A stretch of 64,000 nucleotides of DNA from the NCBI RefSeq assembly GCF_000315625.1, contig NW_005434583.1, forward strand, positions 144,621 through 208,620, given 5' to 3'. The stretch is from Guillardia theta CCMP2712 (taxonomy: Eukaryota; Protista; Cryptophyta). This document shows, one piece after another, positions 38,377 through 54,190 of the stretch; within the stretch, counting starts at the first letter, position 1, and each line of letters starts with the position of its first letter. The translations under genes were made by a program, and so were the position numbers. Below the pieces are notes generated by a model that worked only from the letters and a program-made list of their open reading frames with translations, searched no databases and was not told where the DNA came from.

Positions 38377-39906
38377 TCCTGTATGGATTCCTCAAGTACG
38401 AGTGATATGGCATCAAGTGTATACAAGTTGGGATGGCACAACTGTTTGGAGTTTAAGATACCCCACCACCAACAAAGATGCAAGTTTGACTTCTTTGTGA
38501 AATCAAAGTGTTGAAGCAAAAGTACTAGACATCCGCTTCATGCGTTGGCTGGAACCAATTTCTGAGCTTTCATTAAATGAATTCTTATCATGTAGTTATC
38601 TACAAACATTCCTACATCCATCCCCATCATTCCCAAGCCCCATTCGAATGACAAAATATCAAACTATACCAACGACGGCATCCCTTGTATGCGACGGTGA
38701 ACTTGAATGTGACAAAGATGCTCATTCTCATGAAGTATCCTTGATTGGGCTGTTCGTTCTGTGAGCCCGTTCCTCCATCTGAAAAATGACACGAAAAACA
38801 ACAGTGTTGTTACAATTCTGATCACTTGAATTCTCGAGAAGAGAGAACATCATAGAGCAACAATTCTCTCTAGAAAAAGAGCTGGAAGCAATTCACGCGG
38901 ACTCATGTGACATTGACTCTCGCGATCGACGAACTTCCCCGATTCAAAAGCAAATCAAAAAGAAAAGTAAAGCCGACAAAGAATGCTCATTCTTGTTGTT
39001 TTGTCTGCACTTCTCTTGGATTGAAGAGGGTGCATATCCATGATTTGATGGCATGGACGACAAGATCTGTGGCGCCTGCATTGACGAACGGCATCGCGTG
39101 CGAAGCGGGTCCTGGACGCAAAGCCATGGTATTCAGGGACAGAGACCCAATCGCTCTACCCCTACCCCTGGATGCACTAGGGGGGGTAGCGGTGAATTCG
39201 GCATTTACCCTGAAGCAGCTAGGGGTGGACGGAAGCATTTAGGGGGTGGTATAAATGAAGGGGTAGCAAAATCTTGAGAATGAATCGAGGTGGGTTCACT
39301 CTAATGTAGTCACAGGACTTTGCAGGGGTGGTTCAAAAAGTCATTGGGAATGTTGCTAGGGGTAGGTGTTAATCGTATCTAAAAGGATGACGTTTCACAA
39401 GTCTCCTAAGGGGGTAGGGGTTACTACCCTACCCCAGGGTTCAGCTCTTGTACCCTGTTGAAATAGTCGGTAGGCAAAACGTGACCGGTGGGACAGCGAA
39501 CTGTTTCGGCCTCAACTGTAATTCATCGTTTTTCGGCAGGGCAGATATTTCACCAAAATTTGACAAAATAACAACTAATTATTTTTGAAATTTAAAATCT
39601 AATATGATAAATTACAGTAATTATGTTCAAAGATTTAATAGTACGGGCCCAGTACAAAATCTGATTGTGCCAACTCCGTCTCTTTGACAACCCACCCCCC
39701 CTCCCCCTCGGAAAAAAAAAGAATATCTACCCCTGCGCCCTTCCCGTTATTGGTGGGGGGGCCGCCTCCTGGGCCCGCCTCATGTACCGCAAAAGTCCCG
39801 ATGGCTGTGCGGGGACGAGGGTAACAAGTGCCATGAGGGGGATGAGGTGGGTACGAGGGGGATGAGGTGGGTACTTGGGGGATGAGGGCTCACTGACTGG
39901 GAAGGA

Positions 39907-41370
<1,464 letters not shown>

Positions 41371-41549
41371 ACGAGTCCCTTGTATCATTATTATTCATAC
41401 CTTGAATCGTATTCCCTTATGTTACAGCATGTACAACAACCTGAGCGGTCCAATCAAGCCTCCCACAGCCGTAGCAGCCCAATGTTTCCCTTCATATCAT
41501 CATCGGACCGTTCAGGTGCCCTTTCATTCTGTTGGGCTTGTCAGGGGTG

Positions 41550-44530
41550 TCAAACTCGAACGGCAACTGAACCTCTCCTCGGTGGCGCGAAGAAGTTGCT
41601 CGAGATATGTAGTCTCGTCCTGCACCCAGTCACCCGGGAACCAGCCCCTCCTCCTGACATCTCTCCTCCTCCTCTTCCTCTGTCCCTTGCTGCCTCCTCC
41701 ATTCTTCCCACTTCACCCCCCACCCCAACTCCTCCTGTTCCTCTTCCCACAGTACCTCGATAGGTATCACTCCAGAGCAGTTGCTTGACCGCTCGTCGTC
41801 CCTATCGCGGTAGAAGTTGTCAGTTAGCAGCACGCAGCAGCAGCACGCAGGCATGTACCCTGTGATGGACGAAGGAGTTATGTCTTCTCCTGCCATGTTG
41901 TTCACTTCTCCTGCCATAATATTCAGGAGAATCCAAGAGAGTTGTCATGAGCACATACCGATGTCCAGTTTCCTCTCTGATAACAGGGAGATGCCAGGTA
42001 GGAGAGAGGAGAGGAGAGTAGAGAGGACGAGAGAACGTTAGATGAAACGATATCAACAAGTCGACGATCACCCGACGACTGCCTCAGCCACAACCGAACT
42101 TCCTGCTCACATCGTTACCTCCTCCTCTCCACCTTCATGCTGTCTACCTCTCGTCTCTTGGAGCAGTGGTCATCTTCTTCCTCGGACAGTGGGGAGCTAC
42201 TCCTCTCCGAGTTGCGACGCTCGAAGGAGTCTTGTTCTACACAGCAATGTGATGTCACGAGACCATCGGGGCAAGTGAGCGAGACGCGGAAACTTGAGAG
42301 TTGAAAGAAGCAGAGGAAAGGAGGCGATGAAGAGGAGGAGGTGGAGAGCGATAGGAGGTGGGAAAGGGAAGGACCTTTGCGTGCTCTTGCATTTTCCATC
42401 GCCTCTCTGATCGCAGCAATCCACATGTCTCGTTCCGTGGGACTCCCCTTGCTGTGCTTCGATCGACATCGGAAGGTATAGGCGCAGCGAGAAGCTTTCG
42501 GTTTCTGATGGCTCGAAATCTGCCAAGAGCTCAACGACGCAGCACAGATGCCTCTCGCCTCACCTTTGACCCGTTCGATCGTTCCGCCTTCCCATACTTC
42601 TCGTTGACGACTGCGGATGACCACCTGTGAGTCGACCATGGCACCACAACCCGCAGCCTCACCAACGTCGAACGACTCTTGTCCCCCTCCGTTCCGCGAT
42701 GGCTCAACCCCTTCGATGTGGAGGAGGTTGATGCATCTGCCAGCAGCTGTAAGGCTGCATGCAAGACCTTGTCCTCCATCGACGTACGTGTCGAACGAGA
42801 CGTGGGAGAACTTGGACCAGCACAGGTTGTTTGTCGTCAGCACCATCCTCCTCAAGCTCCAAGGGTTGACAAGGGATCCGAGGCCTGAGCCTGAGCCCTA
42901 GCAGTCAGCCGAGGTGTAGAGGGCACAGAGACGAGTCTGATACCGTCCTTCTTCTCGATCGGCCCTTCCTTCAACGTCATGACTTTCTTCCTCGCCGCAC
43001 TACTCGACGTCCTGTTGACCTGCAAGGTTGAGGTTGTTGAGAATCTGACTGCCCAACGGAAAGCGTTTTGCCACCTGCGACTTGTCGGAGGAGCGGAAGG
43101 AACCTGAACCATCATCTGCAATGATGTGAAAATGACAAAAAAGTTGCCATGACTTTCAGACCTGTAGTTCGCTCCCACTCTTGCGATTCCTTGCTGATCG
43201 AGACCCTCTGCAACAGGAATCAGTCCTTGCACGCTTTCCTTTCTCCTCCGCACATGCAACGGCCAAGATTCCTTCTCGCTCGCATCAAGGGAGACATTCA
43301 AAGCAGAAACTCTGTCTTCTGACTTTTCCAGTCCTCCCGTAACGTCCAGTGGAAAGAGATTTCTGCCATTTGCCCTTAGTCACGACAGTGAGATGTCAAA
43401 AAACTTACTGATTGGTGCGCCTCAAAGATTGAAGTTGATTCGAGGACTTCTTCTCATGCACTTGACCGTTGATTGAAGGGATTGATCCAGTCTTCTCTTT
43501 TGGAATGCCCTTGAACAAGTCGTCAACGTCATCGACGTGAACGAGAACACAATGAACCTGTGAGGAGCTAGTTGATGCTTCTCTCGACAAGGGATCACTT
43601 AGTTCATCTTGGGAAATCTCTCCTAGCACTTCAGGCCCATTAGAGTGTCCATTCAGCATCCCTCCACTCCTTTCATGCCCATTGAAGTCTCCTCGCCTCG
43701 ATACAAGCGATGAGTCTGACGCAGGGGTATGACCACTTCCATTGCCATGATTCTCCCTCAATCCAACGTGAAGCAACTGCGAGAATCTGATTTCTGATTC
43801 GTAAGAATTCGTCTGAGGTGTTGCAGAGTAATGGAGTTTGAGAGGTGATTTCTCGGGCGACAAGACAGACTCCTTTGCGTGGAGCTGCAACAGGTGTTGA
43901 GAACGGGACGTCATGTATCCGCCGTTCTCCTGCTGCTTCATACCATCTTGCCTTCTTGCGGATCCCGGAGAGCCATTCCATTCCCCCTGACGCGCACTGA
44001 GCTGCATCGATCGCTGTCGCTCAGCCTCCACATCCCAATTCCCAGGTCTACCTGGCGACGAGATTGACCCCTGAAAACTCTGCCTCGATGGATCAGTCCT
44101 TGCGATCCCTTCCGCTTCCATAGGTGGCTTCAAGGAGTACGATCGTCCGGTGTGGAGGGCTCCTGGAGAAGCAGGGAGACTGAGACTGGTCCATGGGGGT
44201 TGCGCAGATGAATGAGACCATGACACGTCCCGTGAGAACTTGTCAGTGACACTGCGAGGGGTTGATCCCATCGCACTGATTCGTTTCGCCGTGTCTTCTT
44301 GCAGCTGCAAAAATTTGGAGACCAGATCATCATTCTCTGCGAGATGTTCGTAAGGTCGTTCTGCTCAACAACAACGCACTCAGACGCTCACCTCTCGTTC
44401 TGGTCGAGGAAACGTGTGATCCATAGAGGTCATTGGGGCCTGCTAATGAAATCTCCTTGCTCCGATTCACCAAATCCTTTCCAAAGCTAAGCTTTGCAAA
44501 ATCGTGATCGTGATTCATCAAGTAGATCAT
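41550..44530 (-). CDS. Hypothetical protein with disordered N-terminal region and PH domain (ends uncertain)
   Basis: Consecutive minus-strand ORFs. PH motifs LKEGPIEKKDG..RRMVLTTNNLCW..CINLLHIEGVE..YTFRC..ERDMWIAAIREAMENAR. Confidence 0.6.
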
Positions 44531-46205
44531 CTAATGGTAACCCTGTGTAGCTGCTGTGTATCAAGCCGTTGCATAGGTCCTGGCACAACATGTCAAAACA
44601 TGCGTCTTGCACATCGCTGCTCAGACGTCATAATATCATCACTGGGTTGAGATCCATAGAGATCTATTGTGCTGATCAGAGTTGTGCTGTAAGAACTTGC
44701 GGTTACCAACTTCTATCTTCCGTCCTCAGGTCAGGACAGTGAAGTGCTATGAACAAGGAAAAAAGAGCGATCTGAATGAAGACAGAAGCTATCTTCTTCT
44801 AGCCTACATTCATCGATAAAGTCACACATCGTCCAAGTCAGTAACCTAATTCGCTCTTCTGCTATCCTCTGATCTACTTAGCAGCTCCTCATCATACCTT
44901 TCCCACTCTTTTCCCTGCAACTTGAACTTCCGTGAACAAAAACGCGTATCGCCGGAGGCTATGCTTGCTCCACTCTCCTGCTCCTCCTCCTCCTCTACAC
45001 GACAAGAATCTTGAGCTCCATCAAAGCTCATCTCCGCCCCTCATGTTCATCATGTCAGACGCGCAGAGGAGGAGGAGGAGGCGGCGGCGACGGTCCGCTG
45101 TTCATTTTCACGCCATGGCCAATTGTCAAAGATGCATAACGATGTAGGGTGGTGGTAGTGTAGTGAGACAGTGCAGGTGTCAGAAGGTGGGGTGAAACTC
45201 AGTAAAAATAGGGGGTGGGGTGATGGATTCCTATCAAACATGGGGGTGGTGAGGTAGGGGAAGTGAATCCGATTCAATGACCCGAGTATAACTGGGGGGT
45301 GGTGTAAATTCTAGGTAAGGAGGAGGGGTGGTAGTAAACAGGGGTGGTCGCAGCTGACGAGGGGGGGTGGTCGAAGGGTCAGCAGTACCCTTGAAGTTCA
45401 GCAAGAAGTTCAACGATGGGGTTCATAGTCGTTGGCGGTCAAAGCAGGGGTGGGGTACGGAACTGGGACCTCACTACCCGTGATTTCAACAGACAATTGA
45501 AGTCAAATAAGGGGGGTTGTACTTCACCTCCGGACCCCCCACCCCCTGTTGAAGTACAAATTTGGAACGAGGGTCGTGACAGAGAGGCGACAAAGTGACC
45601 CAGCGACTGGGCGGGCCCGGGGGCCCGGGGGCCCGGGGGCCCGGGGGCGGGCCCGGACCGGACGATCGCGGTTGCCGGGCGGTTGCTGGGCGGTTGTCAC
45701 GTTTTGACCTGCGAGCGTTAGAGCAACAGGATAGGCCTGAGTGTGAGGAGAGCGTGAGGGAGGGGAGGGAGGGGAGGGAGGAGAGGGAGGAGAGGGAGGA
45801 GAGGGAGGAGGGAGGAGGGAGGAAGGCGGAGGGAGGAGGAGAGGAAAGAATATAGGAAAAGTGGTTTGTGGGGGGGGAGAAGAGTTGAGGGGAGGTGCGA
45901 CGCAGAGGTTGGGGGCGAGGGTTGAGAGAGGGAGGGAGGGAGAGAGGACAATGGGAGAGAGAGCGGAATGGAGAAAAGAGAGAGGATGAGGAGAAAGGCG
46001 AGAGGATTAGGAAAGAGGGCAAAGTGTAAACACTTACAAGTGATGAGAGACAAGTCAAGAGTAAGGGGAAGCTGAAGACTGGTTATGGAAAATAGTGATC
46101 GATAGCTTGACTCACACCTGACTCACACCTGACTGCGCCAAAGCAGATTCTGAGCTGGAGGCGATGGGCAGACATTCGTTGAGTGTATGATTTGATTTCC
46201 ACACG

Positions 46206-49200
46206 ATGAATGTTGAAAGCTACACATACGAGCAAGGCAGTTTGCCCCTGAGGAAACAGTTGCCGTATGAGCAAGTGTTGGACCGGAGGGAGACGGTTGC
46301 CAGTATCACCGCAAGGATTGACAGGCTCATGAACGATGAAGGGGCGCAGGCGGAGGAGCGAGTGGTCCTGCCAGTCCTGCGATCGCAGAAGAGGCCTCCA
46401 GTGAGGGGGGTCAGGCGCTCTCAACCGGAGCGAGTGTCATACCGAGACACGATGACGGACTCGAGCGCGGTTTGCTCTTGCTGCCTCTGCGGCTGAGAAT
46501 GCTGACGTGCCTGTAGTATCCTAGCAGACAGGAGGAGGCTCCGAGGAGGTCGAGGGTGTTAGCAGACGACTCTATCCAGCAGAGGAGGAGGACGAGGCCT
46601 CGCAGCCCCTCTCGAGACAACGACCCCAAGGGTTACAGCAACTTTTACAACCCGCAGCCATGGCAAAACCCAGCCTCGGTAGTCCAGCAGGCACCCAGGG
46701 CCCCGAGGGTCCAACAGAGTCCAAGGGTGACGAGGGTGGCCAGGAGAGCCTGGGTTGACCCGCAGGAACAGAGGTACCAGGCCGAAGAGATCCGGAAGCT
46801 CGTGGAGGAGATTGCTGTATGTGACTTGTAGCGCTGTGAAAGAATGACTCGCTCTGGTTTCAGAATGCTTCCAAGACAATGAAGGCCAATGTTATGCAGA
46901 CTGTTGGAAACCTGGTCTGTTGCCCCATAGATTGCAAGGCACACTGACTTACTCTTGCAAGCAGCAGCAGCAGGATCAGAAGCAGCAGCAGCAGGATCAG
47001 CAAGTGGCGTTAGAGAGCAGTTTCCTCTCAAAGAGAACTGACAGCGAGACGTCCTTCCAGCGGGAGTCAAGCATCTTACAGGGCATGGACGACAAAGTGA
47101 GCCGGGCCCTCACGTACCTGCTCAAGGACTTGGAGTCGTCCTCCTTAGACGACGAGACGCTCCTGCAGGCAGTGACGATCAACAAGGCAGCTGTGACCCT
47201 ACAGAAGCACCTGAAGGCCATGCGAGCCTTCCATTTCTTCCGAGGATGGCGGATGTCACAGGCTGCTGTACCGCTCCCCCTCCCCATCTCTCATGCCGAC
47301 CCGCCTCCGCAGGAACCCAAAGACCTCGTCCGCCCACTAGAGCAAGCAAGGCGGGAGGCCGAGCAGCAGGAGCAGGCAAGGCGGGAGCAAGCAGGGCTTG
47401 TACTCCAAGGAAGTATCCGATGTCACCTTGCGAGGAAGCGACGGGCAGCAGCTGAGGCAGAGCGATCAGCAGCGAAGAAGGCGGCGGCAGAGGAGGAGCA
47501 GGCAAGGCGGGAGGCCGAGCAGCAGGAGCAGGCAAGGCGGGAGGCTGAGCAGCAGGAGCAGGCAAGGCGGGAGGCCGAGCAGCAGGAGCAGACAAGGCGG
47601 GAGCAAGCAGGGCTTGTACTCCAAGGAAGTATCCGATGTCACCTTGCGAGGAAGCGACGGGCAGCAGCTGAGGCAGAGCGATCAGCAGCGAAGAAGGCGG
47701 CGGCAGAGGAGGAGCAGGCAAGGCGGGAGGCCGAGCAGCAGGAGCAAGTTGCGGAGCAGCAGGAGCAAGTTGCGGAGCAGCAGGAGCAGACAAGGCGGGA
47801 GCAAGCAGGGCTTGTACTCCAAGGAAGTATCCGATGTCACCTTGCGAGGAAGCGACGGGCAGCAGCTGAGGCAGAGCGATCAGCAGCGAAGAAGGCGGCG
47901 GCAGAGGAGGAGCAGGCAAGGCGGGAGGCCGAGCAGCAGGAGCAAGTTGCGGAGCAGCAGGAGCAAGTTGCGGAGCAGCAGGAGCAAGTTGCGGAGCAGC
48001 AGGAGCAGACAAAGCGGGAGCAAGCAGGGCTTGTACTCCAAGGAAGTATCCGATGTCACCTTGCGAGGAAGCGACGGGCAGCAGCTGAGGCAGAGCAATC
48101 AGCAGCGAAGAAGGCGGCGGCAGAGGAGGAGCAGGCAAGGCGGGAGGCCGAGCAGCAGGAGCAGACAAGGCGGGAGCAAGCAGGGCTTGTACTCCAAGGA
48201 AGTATCCGATGTCACCTTGCGAGGAAGCGACGGGCAGCAGCTGAGGCAGAGCGATCAGCAGCGAAGAAGGCGGCGGCAGAGGAGGAGCAGGCAAGGCGGG
48301 AGGCTGAGGATGAAGGGGCCTGTGTTCTGCAGCGAGGGGTCAGGAGCCACCATGCTCGGAGAGATCTGAGAAGAAGGCGCGAAGTACTTAAGATGAAGGC
48401 ACAGGAGGAGTGGTACCGAGAGCGTTCAGGAGCGATTCTCCTCCTTGCCTGCTCGATGCGATGCAAGCTAGCGAGGAATGCGATCACGTCTGCCCGGGCA
48501 GCAGCAGCCGCTCGCTCCGCAGCGGCGTTGACGATTCAGTGCAGTACAAGGAGGAGGATTGGGAGGAAGAGGCTGCAGAGGAGGAGGCAGGAGAGGCTCT
48601 GCGATGCCCTCGGCGGCCGGTACGAGGCAGAGCTCCAGCAGCTGATCGAACAGGAGAGCTTCGAACTGATACCCCAGCTGCTCGACGGTGTCAAACCGGC
48701 GCTTGTGGCCGCAGGGCTCACTGATCCGGCTGACCAGCAGAGCGTCGTCAACAGGGTGTACAGGTCAGCACACAGCGTGCTGGAGGGGTCCGGGCTGGGC
48801 TCCAAGGACCCGTCCCTCCTCCTCCAGCTGACCTCCATCTTTGCCGAGCTGGCTGCCAAGCAGCAGTTCGAGAACCATGTGAGCCAGCCTGCTGGGGAGC
48901 AGCTGGGCTCTTCTTGAGAGCTGAGAAATCTTGGCAGGGGGAGCTGTTCAGCTTCAGCAGGAGGGACCAGCTGATCGAGAAGGCGAGGAACAAGGCGCTA
49001 GCGCAGAAGAAGGCGCGAGATGAGGCCTTCCAGCTACTTCAGGTATATTATCTCCCTCGCCTCCTCCTCTTCCTCCCTCCTGTCCTCGCCTCCTCCTCCT
49101 CCTCCTCCTCCTCCCTCCTGTCCTCTCCTCCTCCTCTTCCACCCTCCTGTCCTCTCCTCCTTGCCTTCGCCTTTCATCTCAAAGTTGCTCCTCTTCCTCT

Positions 49201-50895
49201 AACCCTCCCCCTCCTGTTCTTTACCATCCTCTTTCTTCCTAATCCTCGGATCATCTCTCCTTTCTTGTGCTTACCTCTTACCTCTTACCTCTTACCTCTC
49301 CCCCGCAGGAGCAGCACAACCTCTCCTTGCAGGCTGCTGAACAGAAATTTTCCGACCTCAAATTTCACCGGCAGCAGCTCGAGCTGCAGCTCGACGAAGA
49401 GATCAAGGCAGCTCAGGTCCGTTCAACTGCTGCTGCTGCTGCTGCTGCTGCTTCTCTTCCTCCTCCTCCCCTTCTTCTCTGACCCTCTCCCGCCAGTCAG
49501 CTCGAGCCAGCAAGCTGCTCCACCTGCAGGAGATCATCGCAGAGAACGCCAAGGTGAGGGTTGGCCCGACTTGTGCTCCCCGGTTGACCCCCAGCAACCC
49601 TCCAGCTGCAGGAGGAGGTGATCTTCAAGGCCGAGTTCCAGCGCAAGACGGCGAAGAGGCTGGCGGAGTCGTTGCTGGAGGAAGCGGCGATGTAGGTGGA
49701 AGCCAGCCTCCAGCTGCGGCTGACCAGCTCTTGCAGACAGCGAGCTCGAGCTGGGGAGGAGCTGGAGAGGGCGAGGGAGTTGCTGGCAGTAGCGAACGAG
49801 GAGGCGAATGAGCAGCTGGAGGAGGCGGAGAGGGAGTGCAGCGCCGTGACCCAGAGCTTGCATTCGTTGAAGGTTTCCCAGCAAGAGTCCAGCTGTTTGT
49901 CAGCTGATGTGAGGCGCAGGATGAGCTCCAGATGAAGATCTTGGAGTGCCAGCAGCGGCACAGGCACAAGAAGAAGGAGCTGGAGGAGCTACTGAACGAG
50001 AAGAGGCGAAGGCTCTGTGAGGTAGGGGTGGAGGGCAAAGAGGAGGAGGAAGAGGAAGAGGAGGGAGAGGGAGAGGAAGAGGAGGGAGAGGGAGAGGAGG
50101 ATGAGGAAGAGGAGGGGAGGAAGAGGGAGAGGAGGAGGAGGAGGAGGAGGTGGAGGAGGAGGGTTGGGAAAGGAGACGAGGGTTAGGAAAGAGGAAGAGG
50201 TAAGAAGGGATGGGAGACTGGAGTGCACAAGGACAAGGACAAGGGCGAGGAGCGGGAGGCAGGATTACGAAGTCTTGGATGAGTCGAGGTCCAGGACGAG
50301 GACGTGGAGAAAGGAGGGAGGAGGAAGGAAGCAGGACGAGGAGGACAAGGACGAGGAGTAAAAGGAGCAGGACGAGGAGGAAGACGAGTGGGGGAGGAGG
50401 ATGCCAATGGTGTGCGGCAGGTGGAGCAGAATCATCAGGAAGCGAAGGCGAAGGCCACGAGGATCCTGGCGACGGCGAGGCAGGAGGTGTTAGAGATCGA
50501 GTCGAAGGTGAAACCCCAGCTGGACTCCTGCTGATCGGCTCACCCGGTGGCAGGATGGGAAGGGGTCGCAAGTTTTCAGCTCAGAGCAGCACAAGAAGAT
50601 CGTCATGGACACGGCGCACGAGATTGCCGCGGAAGTTTGCGCCAAAGTTGAGCTGTGGGTCAGGTGGGGTCCACCTGGTCCGCTCTGACGAGCTGAGAGC
50701 AGGGAGGTGGTGCTGGTGCAGCGGGAGGTGGAGGCGCTGGTGGGGCGGATGGACGAGGCGAAGGAGGAGGAGGCGAAAGAGCTGGAAGAGCTCAGGGGGA
50801 GCAGAGCTGAGAGGCTGGAGCAGCTGGGGTTGGAGCAGGTGAGACAAGGCGGGGAGAGGGAGGAGGGAAGGGGGGGGGGAGGAGGAGGGAGAGGA

Positions 50896-50933
<38 letters not shown>

Positions 50934-52089
50934 AGAAAGAGGGGAGGGGGAGGGGGGGAGGAGCAGGAGGAGGGGAGAGGAGGAGGATTCTGATCACTCA
51001 CCGCAGAGAAGAGCTGAAAAAGCTCTCATGAAAGCGACGGAGCAGAGGAAACGGGCAAAGGTATGGAATATTGACTTCACTACCTGATCTCCCTCTATCC
51101 ACTCCTTCCTCCTCTGCGTCCATCCTTTCTTTCCCCTCCTCTTCTCCCCTCCATCCCCTCCTCCACTTCTCCCTCCACTTCTCCCTCCTCTTCTCCTCCT
51201 CTTTCCTGCCATCCTGACAGCTCGACGGCAGGTCGACCATCGGATACAGGAGGACAGCGCTATAGCCAAACGGATGAAGGTCGGACATTAGAGAGGGAGG
51301 AGGAAGAGGAGGAGGAGACGGCGAGGGCGGAAGGGGATGTGGAGGATCAAGAGGAGGAGACGGGGAGGAAGGGAGGGAAGTGGGGAAGAGGAGCAGTTGT
51401 GGGAGGAGGGGCAAGGAGAGTATCTCACAAGCTCATACTGGAGGACAGGAGGAAGAAGCGAGTCGACACCTGGAGGCAAAGGCCCAGGAAGTGATTGACA
51501 TGGCGATGTTGGAGGCAAAGAGCCTGGTGGAGGAGGTAAAGATGCCGTCTTTCCTCTTCTTCATTGTGTCTCCTCTTGTTCCTCTTCGTCCTCCACTTGT
51601 CCTTCTTTCTGCACGCCCCGATCCTGTCTCCTCTCCTCTTCGTCTGCTCTGCTCCCCTTCCCTCCTCTCTCCTTCTGCACTTCTCTCCGTTGTCTGTATC
51701 ATGTGCTCGGCTCGTGTCAGCTCCAATGTCAAATCCAGTACACTGGTGCTCCTCGAGACAACTTTGAGCGTGTGGTGTCTGACAAGAACGTGAGCCGGAC
51801 GTATGTGATCCTGCTTTNNNNNNNNNNNNNNNNNNNNNNNNNNNNNNNNNNNNNNNNNNNNNNNNNNNNNNNNNNNNNNNNNNNNNNNNNNNNNNNNNNN
51901 NNNNNNNNNNNNNNNNNCCTCCCTCCCTCCTCCCACTCCCTCCTCTCCTCTCCCCTCCTCCTCCCCTATCCTGGACATCTTTTATCCTCTGCCCCCCTTG
52001 ATTCCCTCCTCTCACTTGTCCCCAGGACCTTCAGCCACATTCAGCCCTCAACGCCGCGAGGATCGAGGCAGAGAAGTGGAGGAGGATAA
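46206..52089 (+). CDS. Large coiled-coil protein with tandem IQ-like calmodulin-binding motifs (multi-exon, spans an N-gap, ends approximate)
   Basis: Five copies of LQGSIRCHLARKRR plus LQKHLKAMRAF, LQRGVRSHHARR, LACSMRCKLARN and IQCSTRRRIGRK. Downstream exons are E/K/R-rich coiled coils. Confidence 0.65.
47342..48308 (+). repeat. Nested coding minisatellite: 5 IQ-containing units separated by variable numbers of 30-bp and 21-bp subunits
   Basis: gggcttgtactccaaggaagtatcc at ~47394, 47610, 47808, 48027 and 48183. Spacers encode ARREAEQQEQ and VAEQQEQ. Confidence 0.92.
51818..51917. other. Assembly gap (100 N)
   Basis: Run of n. Confidence 1.
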
Positions 52090-52421
52090 AGACTAACGGG
52101 GGGCGAGTCTACTGGCACAACAGGAGCACAGGAGAGACCAGGTGGGAGACTCCTTCCTCCCTACTCCCTCTCTCCGCCCGTGAGCTCGACGTTCTCGTTC
52201 CCGTCCGAGTTAAGAAGCAGCAGAGGAGGAGGGATGACGGGGATGGGGATTGAAGAAGACGACGGGTGTGTATGAGGAGGAGGAGGAGGAGGAGGAGGAA
52301 GAGGAGGAGGAGGGGATGTAGAGGTAAGGGAGCAGGAGAGGGAAGCTAAATGTCTCGAATATTATTTATTTGAAATCAATACGAGGAGAATTCATTCCTC
52401 CTCCTCCTCCTCCTCCTCCTC

Positions 52422-54190
52422 TCACTTTCCCTCTTTCTGCCCTGTGGACGAAGCAGCCGCAGCATCTTCCTGGGCCTGAGCACCATCAGCGTTGCCCCGT
52501 CCCTGCTCAGAGGAGGAAGAAGGCTGCTGCGGCTGCTGCCTCTCCTGCGACGAACCCGCTCCCTGTGCTGGCTGGACTCTGACGATCTCCACCATCCTCA
52601 TCAGGTACGACTTGACCTCCTCCAAGATCGCCGTCTCCATGTCTGCGTCTCGCACGCCCAGCCGCGACTCCTTCCTGCCCCCCACGCTGCTGCTAGCGGC
52701 CTCCTCTGCCTTCCCCTCCCCCCTCCGTCCCTCTGACCCGTTGGCGCCGCTTCCTTGCGGTTCCCCCTGCCCCCTCCATCCCGCGCTTGCCTCTCTCTGC
52801 GCCTCACTTGCCTTCTTCCTCGTGGAGCTTAGCAGGAGCACACGGCAGAGGTTGAAGAGCACGGGGTCGCTCAGGTGGTTCCGGAAAACGCTCCTCTCCG
52901 CCAGCTTCCCGTACTTGACCAGCGGCAGGCCGATGAGGGAGGAGGTCATCCCGGAGCCGTGCGGCTTCTGCGACATCCGAAGGCTCGCCATCACCTGCTG
53001 CAGCTGCGAGGAGATCGCTGAGCCCAGCCCGGCCTGGCTCAAGATCGCAGAAGGCAACGCAGCACCTCGGAGCTCGAGCCAGCGACGGGCGTCTGACTTC
53101 CCGTCCCCTCCTGGGGGCTCACGCCCTGCGTCGACGGGCCAGACCACTGAGTCGACGGGCCAGACCATACCGGGCGAGGAGAGTGAGTCATAACCTTCTT
53201 GAAGCCGATGGGGGAGGGGGAGCTGGAGTTCTCGTTAGTCCTGCAGGAAGGAGTCGTAGCCCCGTCCCCAACCCCCACGGACAGCATCGCCTTCCGCTCC
53301 ATGCTATCCTCCGTGTTCCTGCACTCGTGGCACTTGCACTGAGCCGAGCACAGGACTCCTGCCTGGAAGCACTCGCAGTACTTCTTCAGGCACCCACTCT
53401 TCTTGCAGTGACAACCCTTGGTGTGCCTCCCCTGCACCGGCGAGTCCTCGATGCCGGGAGGAGCGCTGGATGCGATCTTGGGTTGAAAGGCTAGAGGATT
53501 TCGCTCCAGCGTCGCGTCGATCGCCGACTTTCTCTGCTTCTCGTAGTTTTCGTTGTTCTGACACAGCTGGCAGTTGCAGGAGAGGTTGCAGTAGGACCCG
53601 GAGGCGAAGCATTCGCAGTAGAGCTTCAGGCACTTTGAGTTCTTGCAGTTGCATTGCTTCCTCTTGCTCGGAGTCGACGGCGCCTCTGACATCCATGCTG
53701 TCTGCGCTGCTCCTGCAAACCCCAGCAGAGTCCCAGCGGCAGACGAAGGGGAGAGTTGGCCAGAGTTGGCAGCCTCACCGTTGGTCTCCACGGGGTACGC
53801 CTGAGCCCACACTGTTCCCGAGCTCTCCCCCCCGAAGTCCAGCTGCCGCGCTCGCTTTCTTGAAGACTCCCTTTCACGACCTGCGGAAGAGCCATTCTCC
53901 GACTTGATCTCCTTGTCTTCGCCTCCTTTCTTGGACGACTTGTGGAGCTCCGAAGAGGCGACGCTGGTGAGTGCGGCGATGGCAGCTGCCTCTGCCTGTC
54001 TGGTCCGCGGGCTTGTGGTTACTGCTGATGAAGACGAGCTAGTAGTGTGCGCTGCTTCCGATGCAGCCTGATTTGTCTCGGAGTTGCTTCGCTTCCCTAA
54101 CTTAGTCTTGGCCTCCTCCTTCAGAGCAGCGTTCTTCTCTTGCACCGACATCGGTTCAGCTGCTGCTCCTAAACTTGCTAGGAGGTCCAT
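52422..54190 (-). CDS. LIN54-like: Tesmin/TSO1/LIN54-like CRC-domain (two CXC) DNA-binding protein
   Basis: [30 protein letters not shown], hinge [10 protein letters not shown], then [34 protein letters not shown]. Confidence 0.93.

Noticed and set aside
38024-38519. Poly-Leu, poly-PA, RS and EQ ORFs
   Set aside because: All are translations of a (CCTGCT)n microsatellite.
47179-48369. 371-aa minus and 323-aa alternative-frame ORFs
   Set aside because: Off-frame readings of the IQ minisatellite.
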